Origin: an uncultured Hyphomicrobiaceae bacterium
GTDB taxonomy: Bacteria > Pseudomonadota > Alphaproteobacteria > Rhizobiales > Rhodomicrobiaceae
Reading direction: 5' to 3'
Length of the DNA: 57,595 bases
Assembly (NCBI GenBank): GCA_964650735.1
Contig: CAZYUT010000001.1
Coordinates: 1 to 57,595, forward strand
Part shown: positions 22,176 through 32,536 of the stretch, in pieces
Layout of the letters: the number at the start of each line of letters is the position of its first letter
How positions within the stretch are numbered: position 1 is the stretch's first letter
Notes under the pieces: model-generated
What the model saw: the letters and a program-made list of their open reading frames with translations, nothing else
Told to the model about the DNA's origin: nothing
Databases searched by the model: none
Translations under genes and position numbers: made by a program

Positions 22176-22192
22176 GGTTAACCGCCCGTTAC
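22176..22192 (-). promoter_or_regulatory. CtrA-like box upstream of mazG
   Basis: Minus strand reads GTAA-CGGGCGG-TTAACC, one mismatch from TTAA-N7-TTAAC. Confidence 0.5.
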
Positions 22193-22247
22193 TCTCCGTT
22201 CCGCGATTCGCATAAGACACATTATGGAAAATTTCACTATGCCAGCG

Positions 22248-23783
22248 TCAGCCGCCGCCGGTTTCGGTCTCCTTCATCAGCATCCGCTCCAGCAGCCGCA
22301 CGCCGAAGCCGGCGCCCCAGCTCCGGTTGATGTCGGTGGACGGCGCGGAAAAGGCGGTGCCGGCGATGTCGATATGCGCCCAGGCCACGCCGTCCTGAAC
22401 GAAGCGCTGAAGAAACTGCGCCGCCGTAATCGAACCAGCCCAGCGCCCGCCGATATTCTTCATGTCCGCGACCTTGGAGTCGATAAGCTTGTCGTATTTC
22501 TTGGATAATGGCATCCGCCAGACTTTTTCGTCGGTTTCGGCCCCTGCATCGACCAGAGCATCGCACAGCGCGTCATCATTGGCGTAAAGCCCGGCGTATT
22601 CGTGCCCGAGCGCCACGATGATCGCCCCGGTCAGCGTGGCGAGCGTGACCAGCCGCTCGGGTTTCCAGGTTTCCTGCGCGTACCACATGGCATCGGCGAG
22701 GACCATCCGCCCTTCGGCGTCGGTATTGAGCACCTCGATGGTCTGGCCGGACATGGACTTCACGACATCACTGGGGCGCTGGGCGGTGCCGCTTACCATG
22801 TTCTCGGTCAGTCCGAGCACGCCGACCACATCCACAGGGGCCTGCTCCTTTGCGAGTGTGAGCATAAGCCCGGCAATGCATGCCGCGCCGCCCATGTCGC
22901 CTTTCATCTCTTCCATGCCTTGTGCAGGCTTCATGGAGACGCCGCCCGTGTCGAAACACACGCCCTTTCCGACGAACACGGTCGGCGGGCCCTCGGGCGC
23001 ACCGTCCCCTCGCCAGCGCAGGCTGACCAGCCGGCTGCCCCGCGCGCTCCCCTGCCCGACCGCCAGCAGCGCGCCCATGCCCAGCTCGCGCATCCGGTCC
23101 TCGTCGAGCACGTCCACCTCAAGTCCATGCTCCGCCAGCGCACTGACGCGATCAGCGAACTGCTCCGGCCCAAGCTCGTTCGGCGGTTCATTGACCAGAT
23201 CGCGCGCGAAATAGACGCCCTCTGAGATCGCGCGCAGGGGCGCGAACGCCGCTTCGGCGGCGGCGGGATCATCGCAATGGATCACGATCCGAGTGAGCGA
23301 GGGCATGACTTTGTCTTCGCCGTCACCGTCGTCATCGGTGTTTTTCTTGCTTTTATACTTGGTGAATTCATAGCTGCGCAGGAGCATGCCGAGCGCAACT
23401 TGGGCCGCGTGTGCAGGCTCCAACGTGCTGGTGTCGCTGGTCTCCAGCCACAGACCGGCGCGTTCGACGCCCGGATCGATCCGGCCGCGGATGAAGCCGC
23501 CAAGATTGATCCATGCCTGCGACGGCTCTGCGGTGATGCCGCCAGAGCCGACGACCACCAGCCGCTCGATGGCATCCAGCCCGGCGGGGGCCAGCAAATC
23601 GAAAGCGGTCTTGTTCTTGCCCTTGAATCTCGCGATGCCCGCCGCGCGGGAGAGCACGCCGCCTGCAGCCTTGTCCAATTCCACAGCGGTCGGCGCCAGG
23701 CTGGCGTTATCTCCGGCCATGACGATAACCGTTCCGCCAGGCTGTTCGTCGATGGAAGCGAAGGCAATCTCAAGATTCGACAA
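22248..23783 (-). CDS. pepA: Cytosol leucyl aminopeptidase (M17)
   Basis: VGKGVCFDTGG, MKGDMGG, NTDAEGR; likely TTG start at 23783 with GGAG 8 nt upstream. Confidence 0.94.
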   Translation of the reverse strand: MSNLEIAFASIDEQPGGTVIVMAGDNASLAPTAVELDKAAGGVLSRAAGIARFKGKNKTAFDLLAPAGLDAIERLVVVGSGGITAEPSQAWINLGGFIRGRIDPGVERAGLWLETSDTSTLEPAHAAQVALGMLLRSYEFTKYKSKKNTDDDGDGEDKVMPSLTRIVIHCDDPAAAEAAFAPLRAISEGVYFARDLVNEPPNELGPEQFADRVSALAEHGLEVDVLDEDRMRELGMGALLAVGQGSARGSRLVSLRWRGDGAPEGPPTVFVGKGVCFDTGGVSMKPAQGMEEMKGDMGGAACIAGLMLTLAKEQAPVDVVGVLGLTENMVSGTAQRPSDVVKSMSGQTIEVLNTDAEGRMVLADAMWYAQETWKPERLVTLATLTGAIIVALGHEYAGLYANDDALCDALVDAGAETDEKVWRMPLSKKYDKLIDSKVADMKNIGGRWAGSITAAQFLQRFVQDGVAWAHIDIAGTAFSAPSTDINRSWGAGFGVRLLERMLMKETETGGG

Positions 23784-24007
23784 AATGGGTGCTCCAACTT
23801 TCCTGATGGCCCGCACGGCGCGTCGCTGGTCATACGGGGCGCGCCAACGCACGGACCTCAAGGCTTGAGGTTGACCCACGAGTAAAACGTGATTTTCGAG
23901 GGGATGCAACCGCCCGCCGCGCCCTCGCGCGCCGAAAAACCGCCACGTTGGCATGGTCTGCAACGTCTCAAAACAAAGCAACAGTTCACCAGCCGCAAAC
24001 CCGCTCC

Positions 24008-25198
24008 ATGGACACGATCAGCCGCTACATCTTCAAACAGACGATCACAGCGATGCTGATGATCCTAGCGACGCTGACGCTGATCGTGTGGATGACCACG
24101 GCGCTGCGGCAGATCGACGTGATGACCGAGCAGGGTCAGGGTTTCCTGATCTTCCTCAAGATTACCCTGCTCGCTATCCCGAATCTCGTGACTATTGTTG
24201 CGCCCATCGCGCTGTTGATCTCCACCACGCACATTCTCAACCGTCTCCACAACGACAGCGGCATCATCATCCTGACTGCGGCTGGCGGAACTGTGTGGCG
24301 GCTGATGCGGCCCTTTCTCCTGCTCGCGGCAGCAGTGTCCGCCTTCGTCCTGATAGCCAACGCCTATCTCAGCCCGTACAGCTTGCGCATGCTGCGCGAC
24401 TACGTAACCGAGGTGCGCACCGACCTGATATCGCAGGTGATTCAGCCGGGAAATTTCGTCACGCCGGAGCGCGGCCTGACCTTCCATATTCGCGACCGCG
24501 AAGATGACGGAACGCTGCGCGGTCTCATGGTCGATGACTCGCGCGACAAGGGACAGAGCCTGACTTACCTCGCCGATCGCGGCCGGGTCATCGAGCAGGA
24601 CGGGCAGCCCTTCATCGTCATGCGCGAAGGCCACATCCACCGTGTCGATGCGGACCGGGAGGACATCCAGGTGATCGCATTCGACAGTTACATCTTCGAC
24701 ATCTCAGAGATGGGGCCGAAGCGCGGGCAGCAAAGCTACAAGGTCAACGAGCGCGTTCTGCCCGCGCTGCTGACCAAACAGGGCGACCACGACTGGCGCT
24801 TCGACAAGCAGCCGGGAGAGTTCCGCGCAGAACTTCATGACCGGCTTTCAACCCCTCTGTATCCGATCGCCTTCGTGCTTATCGCCGTCGCGATGCTCGG
24901 CTACGCACGCACCACGCGGCAGGGGCCGGGTCATGCGGTGGCCCTGGCCTTTGTCACTTGCGTCGCCGTGCGCGGGGCGGGATTGGCCATGAAGAATGTG
25001 GCGGTCCAGCAGGCCTGGGCCGTGCCTGTGCTTTACGCGATCCCGATCTGCGCGATCATCGGTGCGTTGATCCTCGCCCAGCGGAACATGCGCCCGCACA
25101 ATGCGCGTAGCTTCGAGATCAAGCCGCCGGCATGGCTGCGAACGCTTCCCTTACGAGTTCGCGGCGCGCGCGGCCGCAGCGTGGCCAGCGGCGGCTGA
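24008..25198 (+). CDS. lptF: LPS export ABC transporter permease LptF
   Basis: YjgP/YjgQ 3+3 TM topology, ELHDRL; divergent from pepA and followed by lptG and lptD. Confidence 0.88.
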   Translation: MDTISRYIFKQTITAMLMILATLTLIVWMTTALRQIDVMTEQGQGFLIFLKITLLAIPNLVTIVAPIALLISTTHILNRLHNDSGIIILTAAGGTVWRLMRPFLLLAAAVSAFVLIANAYLSPYSLRMLRDYVTEVRTDLISQVIQPGNFVTPERGLTFHIRDREDDGTLRGLMVDDSRDKGQSLTYLADRGRVIEQDGQPFIVMREGHIHRVDADREDIQVIAFDSYIFDISEMGPKRGQQSYKVNERVLPALLTKQGDHDWRFDKQPGEFRAELHDRLSTPLYPIAFVLIAVAMLGYARTTRQGPGHAVALAFVTCVAVRGAGLAMKNVAVQQAWAVPVLYAIPICAIIGALILAQRNMRPHNARSFEIKPPAWLRTLPLRVRGARGRSVASGG

Positions 25199-25216
25199 GG
25201 CGCAGGGGAAGCGGGC

Positions 25217-26302
25217 ATGGGAACGCTGGATTTTTATATCGCGAAACGGTTCGTCGTTTCGATACTCGGTGTGTTCGCCCTTTGTCTTGGGCTCATCTTC
25301 TTCATCGACTTCCTAGAGCTTCTGCGCGAAGGAAGCGAAAGAGACGGTGTGCCGCTGTTGGGGCTGGTGGCCATCGCGCTGCTGCGGTTGCCCAAGTTTG
25401 CGGAGCTCACCCTGCCCTTCGCGGTGCTGATCGGCTCGATCGCCGCCTTCATGGCGCTCAGCCGCACCTCAGAGCTGACGGTCGTGCGCGCCGCAGGCAT
25501 CTCGGCCTGGCAGTTCCTGCGACCCGGTCTCATCGTGGCGCTCGCCCTCGGCGTCCTGTCGACCGCAGCCTACAATCCGCTCGCCGCGTTCTCCAAAGCC
25601 GAGTCCGACCGGATGATCGGCAAGGTTTTGGGCGAGGAAAAAGACACGCTGTTGCGCGAAGACCGGCCCGCATGGCTTCGGCAGAACGGCGCCGATGGCC
25701 AGTCAATCATCTATGCCGGAAACGTCGCGGACAGGGGCCTGACCCTGAACGCGATTACGGTGTTGCAGTTTGACAGCAACCGCAAATTTCTTGAGCGTAT
25801 CGAGGCTGATGCCGCCCGCCTCGAGCCTGGGTATTGGGCGCTGGAAAATGCCCGCGTTACAAGTGAAATTAGCGGCACGCAGACATATCAAACCTATTTT
25901 GTCAGTACTCATCTTGAGCGGCAGCACGTGATGAACAGCGTAACCTCGGCGAAAGGCGTGTCGTTCTGGGAGTTGCCGCGATTCATTGAATTTGCTGAAC
26001 GGGCGGGACTAGATTCTGAGCGGTATAAACTTGAGTTCCAGCAGCTTCTCGCTCGGCCAATACTGTTGGCCACGATGGTGCTGATCGCCGCCACCTGCTC
26101 CCTTCGATCCTTCCGTTTTGGCGGCATTCAGACTATGGTCGTCACCGGAATAAGCGCGGGGTTCGCGTTCTTTGTGTTCTCCGAACTTTCGCGCAAGGTG
26201 GGGGTGTCTGGATTGGTGTCGCCGACGGTTGCCGCGTGGGCGCCAGTCCTCGTTGCGTGCTTCCTTGCAGCAACGGTTCTGCTTCATCAGGAGGACGGCT
26301 GA
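25217..26302 (+). CDS. lptG: LPS export ABC transporter permease LptG
   Basis: SELTVVRAAGISAWQ, C-terminal LLHQEDG. Confidence 0.9.
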   Translation: MGTLDFYIAKRFVVSILGVFALCLGLIFFIDFLELLREGSERDGVPLLGLVAIALLRLPKFAELTLPFAVLIGSIAAFMALSRTSELTVVRAAGISAWQFLRPGLIVALALGVLSTAAYNPLAAFSKAESDRMIGKVLGEEKDTLLREDRPAWLRQNGADGQSIIYAGNVADRGLTLNAITVLQFDSNRKFLERIEADAARLEPGYWALENARVTSEISGTQTYQTYFVSTHLERQHVMNSVTSAKGVSFWELPRFIEFAERAGLDSERYKLEFQQLLARPILLATMVLIAATCSLRSFRFGGIQTMVVTGISAGFAFFVFSELSRKVGVSGLVSPTVAAWAPVLVACFLAATVLLHQEDG

Positions 26303-26305
26303 GAA

Positions 26306-28591
26306 ATGCGCAGAGGCTTTGCTGAACGCATGGCTCACTCAGCAGGCATAATGTGGCTTGCACTCGCGCTGGTGCTCGTGGCCGTCAGTTCCGCGCCCGT
26401 TCCCGCTGGCGCGCAGGACAGCCTCATCGAGCAGTCGTTCGGCGAAGTGGACCCGCAGCAGCCGCTGCTGCTGCAGGCGGATAATCTCATTTACGACCGC
26501 AAGAATGACCGGGTCATTGCCGAGGGCAATGTCGAGGTCTACTACAACGATTACAGTTTGGTCGCCGACGAACTCATCTATGACCAGCGCGCCGGCACGC
26601 TCCAGGCGGTCGGCAATGTCCGTATCAAGGAGCCTGACGGCGCTGTCGTGAAGGCGGATCGGATCGATCTGACCGACGACTTCAAGGATGGCTTCGTCCG
26701 TTCGTTGCGGATTGTGACGTCGGACGAAGAGCGCATCGCCGCGCGGCGCGCTTACCGCGAAGCTGGTGAGACGACGGTGTTCGAACAAGGCGCCTACACG
26801 CCGTGCAAGGTTTGCAGCGACCCCTCAGGCGATGGTCCGCTGTGGCAGATCAGAGCACGCAAGATCATTCACGATAAGTCGGAAGGCAATATCTATTACG
26901 AGGACGCCACATTCGAATTCCTCGGCCTTCCGCTCGTCTACATCCCGTACTTCTATCACCCCGATCCAACGGTGACGCGGCGCTCCGGCTTCTTGACGCC
27001 AACCATCCGCCAATCGGACGAACTGGGTTTCGCCTACGAGCAGCCTTATTACTTCGCGCTGGCGCCCAACAAGGATCTGACGCTTGCGCCTGTGGTGACC
27101 ACCCAGGCCGGTACGCTGGTTAAGGCGGATTGGCGACACCGGCTTGAGACGGGACAGTACCGCGTGCTGCTTGCGGGCGCCTATAACGAAGACCCTTCTG
27201 AAGACGCTCCGACCGATAGCGATTTCCGCGGGACAATCGAAACCCAGGGGCATTTTCGCATTGGCAGCTTCTGGAACTGGGGCTGGGACATCACAGTCGA
27301 GTCGGACGATACTTTCCGGCGGTTTTACGACATCGACAACAAGACCGAGACCGAGCGGACATCGGAAGTCTTTCTTATTGGCCAGAGCGACAGGAATTAT
27401 TTCAGCGCGTACGCCTATAATTTCGGGACTTTAACGGCGCAGGATGACGCTGAAGATTTGAATGATCGTGACACGGTCGTGCATCCCGTGATCGACTACA
27501 ATTATATCGCGGATGGCCCGGTGCTTGGCGGCGAACTCGCCTGGGATACCAACGTCGTGTCGCTCACACGAGATGACGGTCCGGAATCGCATCGCATCGT
27601 AAGCGAGGTATCGTGGCGGCGGACTCTCACCGATCCGATTGGTCAGCGCATAACGCCTTTCGCGCAAGCCCGCGCGGATGTATACCGCTTTAGCGAATAT
27701 GCGTTCGTCGACGAGGACGAGGTGACACAGAACCGTCCGAGCGATACCTTCACCCGCCAAGTTGTGACGGGCGGCGCTGATTATCGCCTGCCGCTAGTGC
27801 GGCATTCGTCATGGGGATCGCAAGTTATCGAACCGGTCGCGCAGGTGATCTTCCGCGCAGACAACGAGGACGGAACACAGCCGCCGAATGAGGACGCACA
27901 AAGCCTTGTTTTCGACGACACGCTTCTGTTCGATATCGATAAATTCTCCGGCTACGACCGTCTGGAGACCGGCACACGGGCCAATTATGGCGTTCAGTAC
28001 ACGCTGCAGTCTCACTACGGCTTCAGCATGCGCGCCGTGGCAGGCCAAAGCTACCAGATCTCCGGCTCCAACGCCTTCGACGAGGGCACCGGTCTTGAGC
28101 AGACTTACTCGGATTATGTTGCCGGCATGTACTTTGACATCCCGAGTATGTTCAGGCTGGTCGCCCAGGCACGCTTCGACGAAGAGTCGTTTGACATGCG
28201 GCGTTTCGACCTGCGCGGGTCGGGCGGATATGGGCCGGTGCGCGGGGCGGTGACCTACGTAAAGGCGGATCCGCAACCTGGGCTCGGTGTGTTCGAGGAT
28301 CGCGAGGAACTGCTTGCGTCTGCCGCCTTGCAGGTGACTGACCTGTGGTCTGTCTTCGGCGATATCCGCTACAATTTCGAGATCGACGAAGCCATTGAGC
28401 AAAGCGTAGGCGTGAAATACGCCTGTGATTGCTTCATGATGTCGGTGACTTACACCCGTTCGGAGATCGAGGACCGCGACATCGAGCCGGAGGAAACGAT
28501 CCTGATAGGCTTCGAGTTCAAGAACCTTGGCGGAGCTGACGTACAGACCGATGTCACGGGCGGCTTCTCGGCCACGGATGGCGGCAACTAG
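26306..28591 (+). CDS. lptD: LPS assembly outer-membrane protein LptD (OstA)
   Basis: Signal peptide, OstA beta-jellyroll, YTPCKVC, RRSGFL, PNEDAQS, FSGYDRLE. Confidence 0.93.
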   Translation: MRRGFAERMAHSAGIMWLALALVLVAVSSAPVPAGAQDSLIEQSFGEVDPQQPLLLQADNLIYDRKNDRVIAEGNVEVYYNDYSLVADELIYDQRAGTLQAVGNVRIKEPDGAVVKADRIDLTDDFKDGFVRSLRIVTSDEERIAARRAYREAGETTVFEQGAYTPCKVCSDPSGDGPLWQIRARKIIHDKSEGNIYYEDATFEFLGLPLVYIPYFYHPDPTVTRRSGFLTPTIRQSDELGFAYEQPYYFALAPNKDLTLAPVVTTQAGTLVKADWRHRLETGQYRVLLAGAYNEDPSEDAPTDSDFRGTIETQGHFRIGSFWNWGWDITVESDDTFRRFYDIDNKTETERTSEVFLIGQSDRNYFSAYAYNFGTLTAQDDAEDLNDRDTVVHPVIDYNYIADGPVLGGELAWDTNVVSLTRDDGPESHRIVSEVSWRRTLTDPIGQRITPFAQARADVYRFSEYAFVDEDEVTQNRPSDTFTRQVVTGGADYRLPLVRHSSWGSQVIEPVAQVIFRADNEDGTQPPNEDAQSLVFDDTLLFDIDKFSGYDRLETGTRANYGVQYTLQSHYGFSMRAVAGQSYQISGSNAFDEGTGLEQTYSDYVAGMYFDIPSMFRLVAQARFDEESFDMRRFDLRGSGGYGPVRGAVTYVKADPQPGLGVFEDREELLASAALQVTDLWSVFGDIRYNFEIDEAIEQSVGVKYACDCFMMSVTYTRSEIEDRDIEPEETILIGFEFKNLGGADVQTDVTGGFSATDGGN

Positions 28592-28752
28592 AGCCGGCGC
28601 AAGTTTCCCGGCCAGAAATGCTGGGGAGTGTCGCCGCAGCAAGTTTGCGCCACACTCTTTTCAGACACAGTTGCGTGCTCTTGATGCGTTCCTCCACGCG
28701 GACAGCTTAGCGGTGGGGCGGCGCCTGAGGAAAACGAGACGGACCTGAACCC

Positions 28753-29835
28753 ATGACGTTTCGATCCATACTTGTGTCGGGCGCTGTAGCCCTTGCCTTG
28801 GCTCTGGCGCCGGCCGTCAGCGAGGCCAGCAACCTCAGCTACGTGGTGAAGGTCAACGGCGAGCCGATCACCTCCTACGACGTCTCACAGCGCCAGAAAT
28901 TCCTGGCATTGACCAGCGGCGCGCTCGGACGCCGGATGCGCGGTCTTCTGGACTCGCCTCAGACGCAGCAGGAATTTCAACAATTCATCCAGCAGCGGCG
29001 GCCGCAATCTCGCGCGGAAGCCCAGCAGCTCCAGCAGGAATTCGTGAACCGCCTGCAACAGCAAGTGATGGCGGACATCAACCGGCAAACCCGCGACGAA
29101 GCCATCGAGCAACTTATCGACGAGCGCTTGATGCTTCAGGAGGCAGAACGCCAGCAGGTCAGCGTAAGCGAGGCCGAGATCGATCAGCGCCTCACCCAAA
29201 TGGCCCAGGCGGGCAACCAGGATCGCACCGTGGAACAGTTTCTGGGCGCGTTCCAGAAGCAGGGCGTCGAAGCGGCGACCATGCGCGCGCAGATCAAGGC
29301 TCAGCTGGCCTGGCGAGACACCATCCGCAAGCTCTACGGCTTCCGCATTGCCTCACTGGTTGGCGCAAGCGATGACGCATCGGCGCAGACAGCGGCTGAA
29401 AACGCGCGTGAGACGGTATTTGACGTGCACCGGATCCGGCTGGCGGCCAGCGGCGGTGAAGGCGCGATCGCGCGGGCTTATGTGAAAGGCCAGTCGATCC
29501 GCAAGCAGTTCTCGTCTTGCAGCGACCTGAACAGCCTGGCCCAGCGTGCGGGCGGCGCGACACTGGAGCGCCACGCTGGAAAAAAGGCCGCCTTTTTCCC
29601 GCGCGATGCCCGGCCGCTGTTGCTGCAGGCCAGTGCCGGACAGATGCTGCCGCCAATGGTGTCCGAAGGAGGCGTTGACTTGTACGCCGTGTGCGCTAAG
29701 AAGGCTCCGGAAGTTGAAAACACGAATGACGGGTCCACTGACTCGCGTGCGGATCGGCGGCAGGAAGAATTCCAAATCTATGCCCGCCGGCACCTGAAGG
29801 ACCTGCGTCAGGACGCGCTGATCGAGAGGCGCTAG
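28753..29835 (+). CDS. surA: SurA-like periplasmic chaperone
   Basis: Signal peptide, [29 protein letters not shown]; located between lptD and pdxA. Confidence 0.82.
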   Translation: MTFRSILVSGAVALALALAPAVSEASNLSYVVKVNGEPITSYDVSQRQKFLALTSGALGRRMRGLLDSPQTQQEFQQFIQQRRPQSRAEAQQLQQEFVNRLQQQVMADINRQTRDEAIEQLIDERLMLQEAERQQVSVSEAEIDQRLTQMAQAGNQDRTVEQFLGAFQKQGVEAATMRAQIKAQLAWRDTIRKLYGFRIASLVGASDDASAQTAAENARETVFDVHRIRLAASGGEGAIARAYVKGQSIRKQFSSCSDLNSLAQRAGGATLERHAGKKAAFFPRDARPLLLQASAGQMLPPMVSEGGVDLYAVCAKKAPEVENTNDGSTDSRADRRQEEFQIYARRHLKDLRQDALIERR

Positions 29836-29890
29836 AGACGTTTGGGCGCTTCAGCGCTGCGCGCGCTCCGTCCAGATCGGTTGTCGGACG

Positions 29891-30943
29891 ATGGCTGTAA
29901 CAAATCGCGCCGATCAGGCAGAGCCGCTCGCCTTGACCATGGGCGACCCTGCCGGCATCGGACCGGACATTGCCCTGAAGGCCTGGTCCTCGCGGCGCAA
30001 GAACCCGGTCCCGCCCTTCGCGCTCATTGCCGACCCGGTGCTCATCGCCCGGCGCGCTGCAGAGTTGAGTTGCGACGTAGTCGTTACGGAAATCGAAACA
30101 CCGCATCAGGCAGCCGAAACCTTTTCAGAGGCCCTGCCTGTTCTGCCCGTCTCAAAACCGGTCCGCTCGTTCGACGTTCAGCAGCCCGCGCCTGAGAACG
30201 CCCCGAGCGTGATCGCCGCGATTGAAATGGGCGTTGATCTTGTGCTTGCCGGCAAGGCCTCGGCGCTCGTCACAAACCCGATGTCGAAGGCGGTGGTCGC
30301 GGCAGCCGGCTTCGGTTTCCGTGGGCATACCGATCACCTCGGCGCCCTCGCCCACCGTCACGGTCTGAACGCGACGCCGGTGATGATGCTCTGCGGCGGG
30401 GGGCTTCGCGCCGTGCCGGTCACGGTCCATATCGCTCTGCGCGAGGTGCCCGAGGCGCTGACGGCCGAGCGCATTATCGAGGCCGGCATTATCACCTATC
30501 GCGCGCTCATCGAGGATTTCGGCATCGCCGAACCGCGCCTCGCGCTCACTGGCCTCAACCCGCACGCCGGCGAGGACGGCACGATGGGCACCGAAGAGCG
30601 CGATATCATCGATCCGGCCATCGCGGCGCTGGCGAATGAGGGGATCGACGCGCTTGGGCCGCTGCCCGCCGACACGGCCTTTCACGCCGAAGCACGCGCG
30701 CGGTACGACGCTATCCTCGCAATGTACCACGATCAGGCGCTGATTCCGGTGAAGACGCTCGCCTTCGACGAAGGGGTCAATGTGACGCTCGGCCTGCCCT
30801 TCGTGCGCACATCGCCCGATCATGGCACCGCCTTCGATATCGCCGGAACCGGCAAGGCGCGGCCAGACAGCCTGATCGCTGCGCTGAAACTGGCAGCGCA
30901 AATGGTCGAGACCCGGCGCGCCCGGAAAGAGGCGCCCGCGTGA
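29891..30943 (+). CDS. pdxA: 4-hydroxythreonine-4-phosphate dehydrogenase
   Basis: [35 protein letters not shown]. Confidence 0.96.
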   Translation: MAVTNRADQAEPLALTMGDPAGIGPDIALKAWSSRRKNPVPPFALIADPVLIARRAAELSCDVVVTEIETPHQAAETFSEALPVLPVSKPVRSFDVQQPAPENAPSVIAAIEMGVDLVLAGKASALVTNPMSKAVVAAAGFGFRGHTDHLGALAHRHGLNATPVMMLCGGGLRAVPVTVHIALREVPEALTAERIIEAGIITYRALIEDFGIAEPRLALTGLNPHAGEDGTMGTEERDIIDPAIAALANEGIDALGPLPADTAFHAEARARYDAILAMYHDQALIPVKTLAFDEGVNVTLGLPFVRTSPDHGTAFDIAGTGKARPDSLIAALKLAAQMVETRRARKEAPA

Positions 30944-31806
30944 GCACGCCCGACGGGCTGCCGCCGCTGCGCGAGGTGATCGCCGAACTTGGTCTGACCG
31001 CGCGCAAGAGCCTTGGGCAGAATTTCATCCTCGATTTCAACCTGACCCGGCGCATCGCCCGCGCGGCTGCGCCGCTTGAGGGCGTGACAGTGCTCGAGAT
31101 CGGCCCGGGGCCGGGCGGGCTCACTCGCGCGCTGCTGCTGGAGGGCGCCGCGAAAGTCATCGGGATCGAACGCGACCCACGTTGCCGGCCAGCGCTTGAA
31201 GCGATTGCGGCGCATTATCCCGGGCGGCTGGCGATCGTCGAGGGCGATGCGCTCAGCGTGGATCAAGCCGCGCTCGTGCACGACTCCCCCGGCCCGGTCA
31301 GGATCGTCGCCAACCTGCCCTATTCGGTAGCAACACCGCTTCTGGTCGGCTGGCTCTCGGCGGAGCCGTGGCCGCCCTGGTATGACCTGCTGTGTTTGAT
31401 GTTTCAGCGCGAGGTGGCCGACCGGCTGGTCGCTGCGCCCGGAAACAAGGTCTACGGGCGGCTGTCGGTGCTCGCACAGTGGCGCTGCGAGGTGCGCTTT
31501 GCCCTGACGCTGCCGCCGGCCGCCTTCACGCCGCCGCCAAAAGTGTCTTCGGCTGTCGTGACCCTGACCCCGCGCGCCGCCCCTGAACCGGCCTGCCGCC
31601 TGAAAAGCCTGGCCGCCGTCACCGCCGCGGCGTTCGGCCAGCGGCGCAAGATGCTCCGCGCCAGCCTGGCCCGGTTGGGCGTCGATGTCGAGGGGTTGCT
31701 GGCCGATGCGGCCATCGCGCCGACAGCGCGCGCAGAACAGCTCCGCGTTGCGGATTTTGCGCGGCTGGCCGCGGCTTATGACGCCCGCAAAGAAGCGAGC
31801 CGTTAA
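30940..31806 (+). CDS. rsmA: 16S rRNA m6,2A dimethyltransferase (KsgA)
   Basis: GQNF, EIGPGPG, NLPY, QRRKML. Confidence 0.96.
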   Translation: MSTPDGLPPLREVIAELGLTARKSLGQNFILDFNLTRRIARAAAPLEGVTVLEIGPGPGGLTRALLLEGAAKVIGIERDPRCRPALEAIAAHYPGRLAIVEGDALSVDQAALVHDSPGPVRIVANLPYSVATPLLVGWLSAEPWPPWYDLLCLMFQREVADRLVAAPGNKVYGRLSVLAQWRCEVRFALTLPPAAFTPPPKVSSAVVTLTPRAAPEPACRLKSLAAVTAAAFGQRRKMLRASLARLGVDVEGLLADAAIAPTARAEQLRVADFARLAAAYDARKEASR

Positions 31807-32465
31807 AGATCATCCTGCAACTGCTGAACGAGGCGGGGAAGTCGTGTCTGCCGCTCGCGGCGCAGACGTTCTGCGCGCAGGATCGCGCGCAGACTTGCGA
31901 GGCTCTCATCGAGAGCATCGTTGACGATCACGTAACGGTAGTCTTGCCACGCGTCGATCTCGCGCGGCGCGCCGGCAAGGCGGTTCTCGATCGCCTGCTG
32001 GCTGTCGGTTGCCCTGCTGCAGAGCCGGTGGCGCAGCGCCTCTGCCGAGGGCGGCAGGATGAACACGCACACCACATCATCCGGCGCAGCCTTGCGCAGC
32101 TGCGCCCCGCCTTGCCAGTCAATATCGAACAGAACATCCGACCCGGCCTCCAGGCTCCGCTCGACTGGCGCCTTCGGCGTGCCATAGAGATTGCCAAACA
32201 CATTGGCCCACTCGAGAAGCTCGCCGCGGTCGCGCATCGCCGTGAATTCTGCGGGCGTGACAAAGAGATAATCGACGCCGTCGGTTTCTGTCGGGCGGGG
32301 CGGGCGCGTTGTCACGGAAATCGATGGGGCGATGCCGGTTTCGATCTCCAGCAGCTTGCGCGCGAGCGTGGTTTTGCCCGCGCCGGAGGGTGAGGAGAGT
32401 ACGAGCATCAGCCCTTTGCGTGGAGGCGCCTGGGGCGCGGGCGCGGTTTCACCGGTCTCGTGCAT
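31803..32465 (-). CDS. gmk: Guanylate kinase
   Basis: [26 protein letters not shown]; start is ATG 32465 or TTG 32480. Confidence 0.95.
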   Translation of the reverse strand: MHETGETAPAPQAPPRKGLMLVLSSPSGAGKTTLARKLLEIETGIAPSISVTTRPPRPTETDGVDYLFVTPAEFTAMRDRGELLEWANVFGNLYGTPKAPVERSLEAGSDVLFDIDWQGGAQLRKAAPDDVVCVFILPPSAEALRHRLCSRATDSQQAIENRLAGAPREIDAWQDYRYVIVNDALDESLASLRAILRAERLRRERQTRLPRLVQQLQDDL

Positions 32466-32536
32466 CTGCGATCCGCTCAAATATCAGAGGTTGAGCCACG
32501 AGCCATAGCGCGAACCGGACCGCAATCACAAGGCCC

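Noticed and set aside
23784-23981. N-terminal extension of PepA
   Set aside because: It runs through the divergent promoter region; an SD-supported TTG at 23783 gives a normal length
25700-28591. Visibly lower GC in lptG-lptD as a sign of horizontal transfer
   Set aside because: These are essential genes in canonical synteny with no mobility genes or boundaries; GC was not computed
28626-28657. Imperfect hairpin GAGTGT...ACACTC before surA as a terminator
   Set aside because: The stem has several mismatches; although a T-tract follows, support is too weak to call
31803-31806. Convergent rsmA and gmk stop codons sharing TTAA
   Set aside because: A common compact convergent overlap with no evidence of a further function
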